A stretch of 64,000 nt of DNA from Spongospora subterranea f. sp. subterranea (taxonomy: Eukaryota). Below are positions 63,162 through 64,000 of the stretch, piece by piece. The DNA lies in NCBI GenBank assembly GCA_049724395.1, contig JAUGWO010000033.1, positions 62,001 to 126,000 of the forward strand. Direction: 5' to 3'. The translations under genes and the position numbers were made by a program. How positions within the stretch are numbered: position 1 is the stretch's first letter; each line of letters begins with the position of its first letter. A model generated the notes under the pieces. That model did not search any database. It was not told the DNA's origin and was given only the letters and a program-made list of their open reading frames with translations.

Positions 63162-64000
63162 TACTCCCTCGGTTCAACAATGATAGTCCGGTTCAGGGAG
63201 TTTTTAAAACTTAATGCCAATTTTTTGAATATTTTTTAATAGAGTGTAGAATGACATAGAGCGCTCTTTGTGCTATATCTTCTGGGGGCTGCGCAATATT
63301 GGTTTTTCAAAAAGCGCGGGCGATTTGACGCCAGTGTGTCATTTCAATATTTACCGCTCCCATTACCATGCCAGGAGCCGCCCAACCACCAAACCTTTCC
63401 AACTTTACCAATGAAGTTATAAACGGTATACTACAGGCTCTGCTAAGAAGAGCTACGCACAACACACTTGAAAAGGGGGCACTGTCCGATACAGCAGTCG
63501 CTTGTGGGCTTTCAACGAAGACGATTTCACGGATCTGGCCGAGCCAAACAATGCTTTGAGAATGGACAACAGTTTCCCGACGTTAGCTCTAAAATTAAAG
63601 AAAAATCGGTTCGAAAACCGAAGTGCCGTGAGGATATGAGTCAAAAGATCGCTGAGGTTTCACTCAGGCGTCGGGGGACGATCAGAGGGCTTTCATTTGC
63701 GACAGGAATCCCTGTAGGGACTCTGTTCAATATAATGAAGAAAAGGGCCTCAAACGTGTTACAAGTTCAATAAAGCCGTTACTGACAGAAGAAAACAAAC
63801 GGCAAAGGCTTTGATTTGCTCTATCAATGCTCTCTAATGAATCGACTGTTTTCCAGTCGATGTATGATTACAATTCATATTGATGAGAAGTGGTTTTATA
63901 TGACCAAAACGAAAAGAAATTACTATCTCTTGCCAGAAGAAGATGTTCCACATCGATCGTTCAAAAGCAAGCGATTTATTGCCAAGGTGATGTTTCTGGC
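63162..64000 (+). mobile_element. Tc1/mariner-superfamily (DD39D/Stowaway-related) DNA transposon: left end and pseudogenised transposase, continuing beyond the window
   Basis: TA (63162-63163) followed by TIR CTCCCTCGGTTC. Transposase from 63368 with TISRIW, KPLLTEENK, IHIDEKWFYMTK, KSKRFIAKVMFL, interrupted by frameshifts and a stop. Confidence 0.92.

Overview
This is eukaryotic nuclear DNA, gene-dense, with many short GT-AG introns (mostly about 50-120 nt) and very degenerate donor sites. The style and gene set suggest a protist, possibly a phytomyxid/Rhizaria; that assignment is inference only. Intron-split genes reconstructed by hand: Rab GGTase beta, glutamate-cysteine ligase, an organellar RF1, RNA polymerase I subunit 2 (RPA2), a DBP7/DDX31 helicase, sphingosine-1-phosphate lyase, a tiny SERF/4F5 gene absent from the ORF track, a class I-like PI3K, a secreted Cys-rich GPI-anchor-like protein, a NUDT18-like tandem Nudix protein, an FHA + SANT/SLIDE-like + FYR chromatin protein, a RING + coiled-coil protein, an EttA-type ABC-F and a calcyphosin-like EF-hand protein. 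A Gly-rich cold-shock protein (intronless) and a SAM + PH protein read as single ORFs. Repeats and mobile DNA: a 19-unit 59/60-bp tandem array whose unit carries two hairpins, two inverted repeats and a dispersed ~0.4-kb repeat in the degenerate 14.5-30 kb zone, and a decayed chromodomain Ty3/Gypsy element abutting a Tc1/mariner (CTCCCTC TIR) transposon at the right edge. Several conserved genes show apparent frameshifts in short homopolymers, most likely assembly errors. No rRNA, tRNA or CRISPR array was found by eye.
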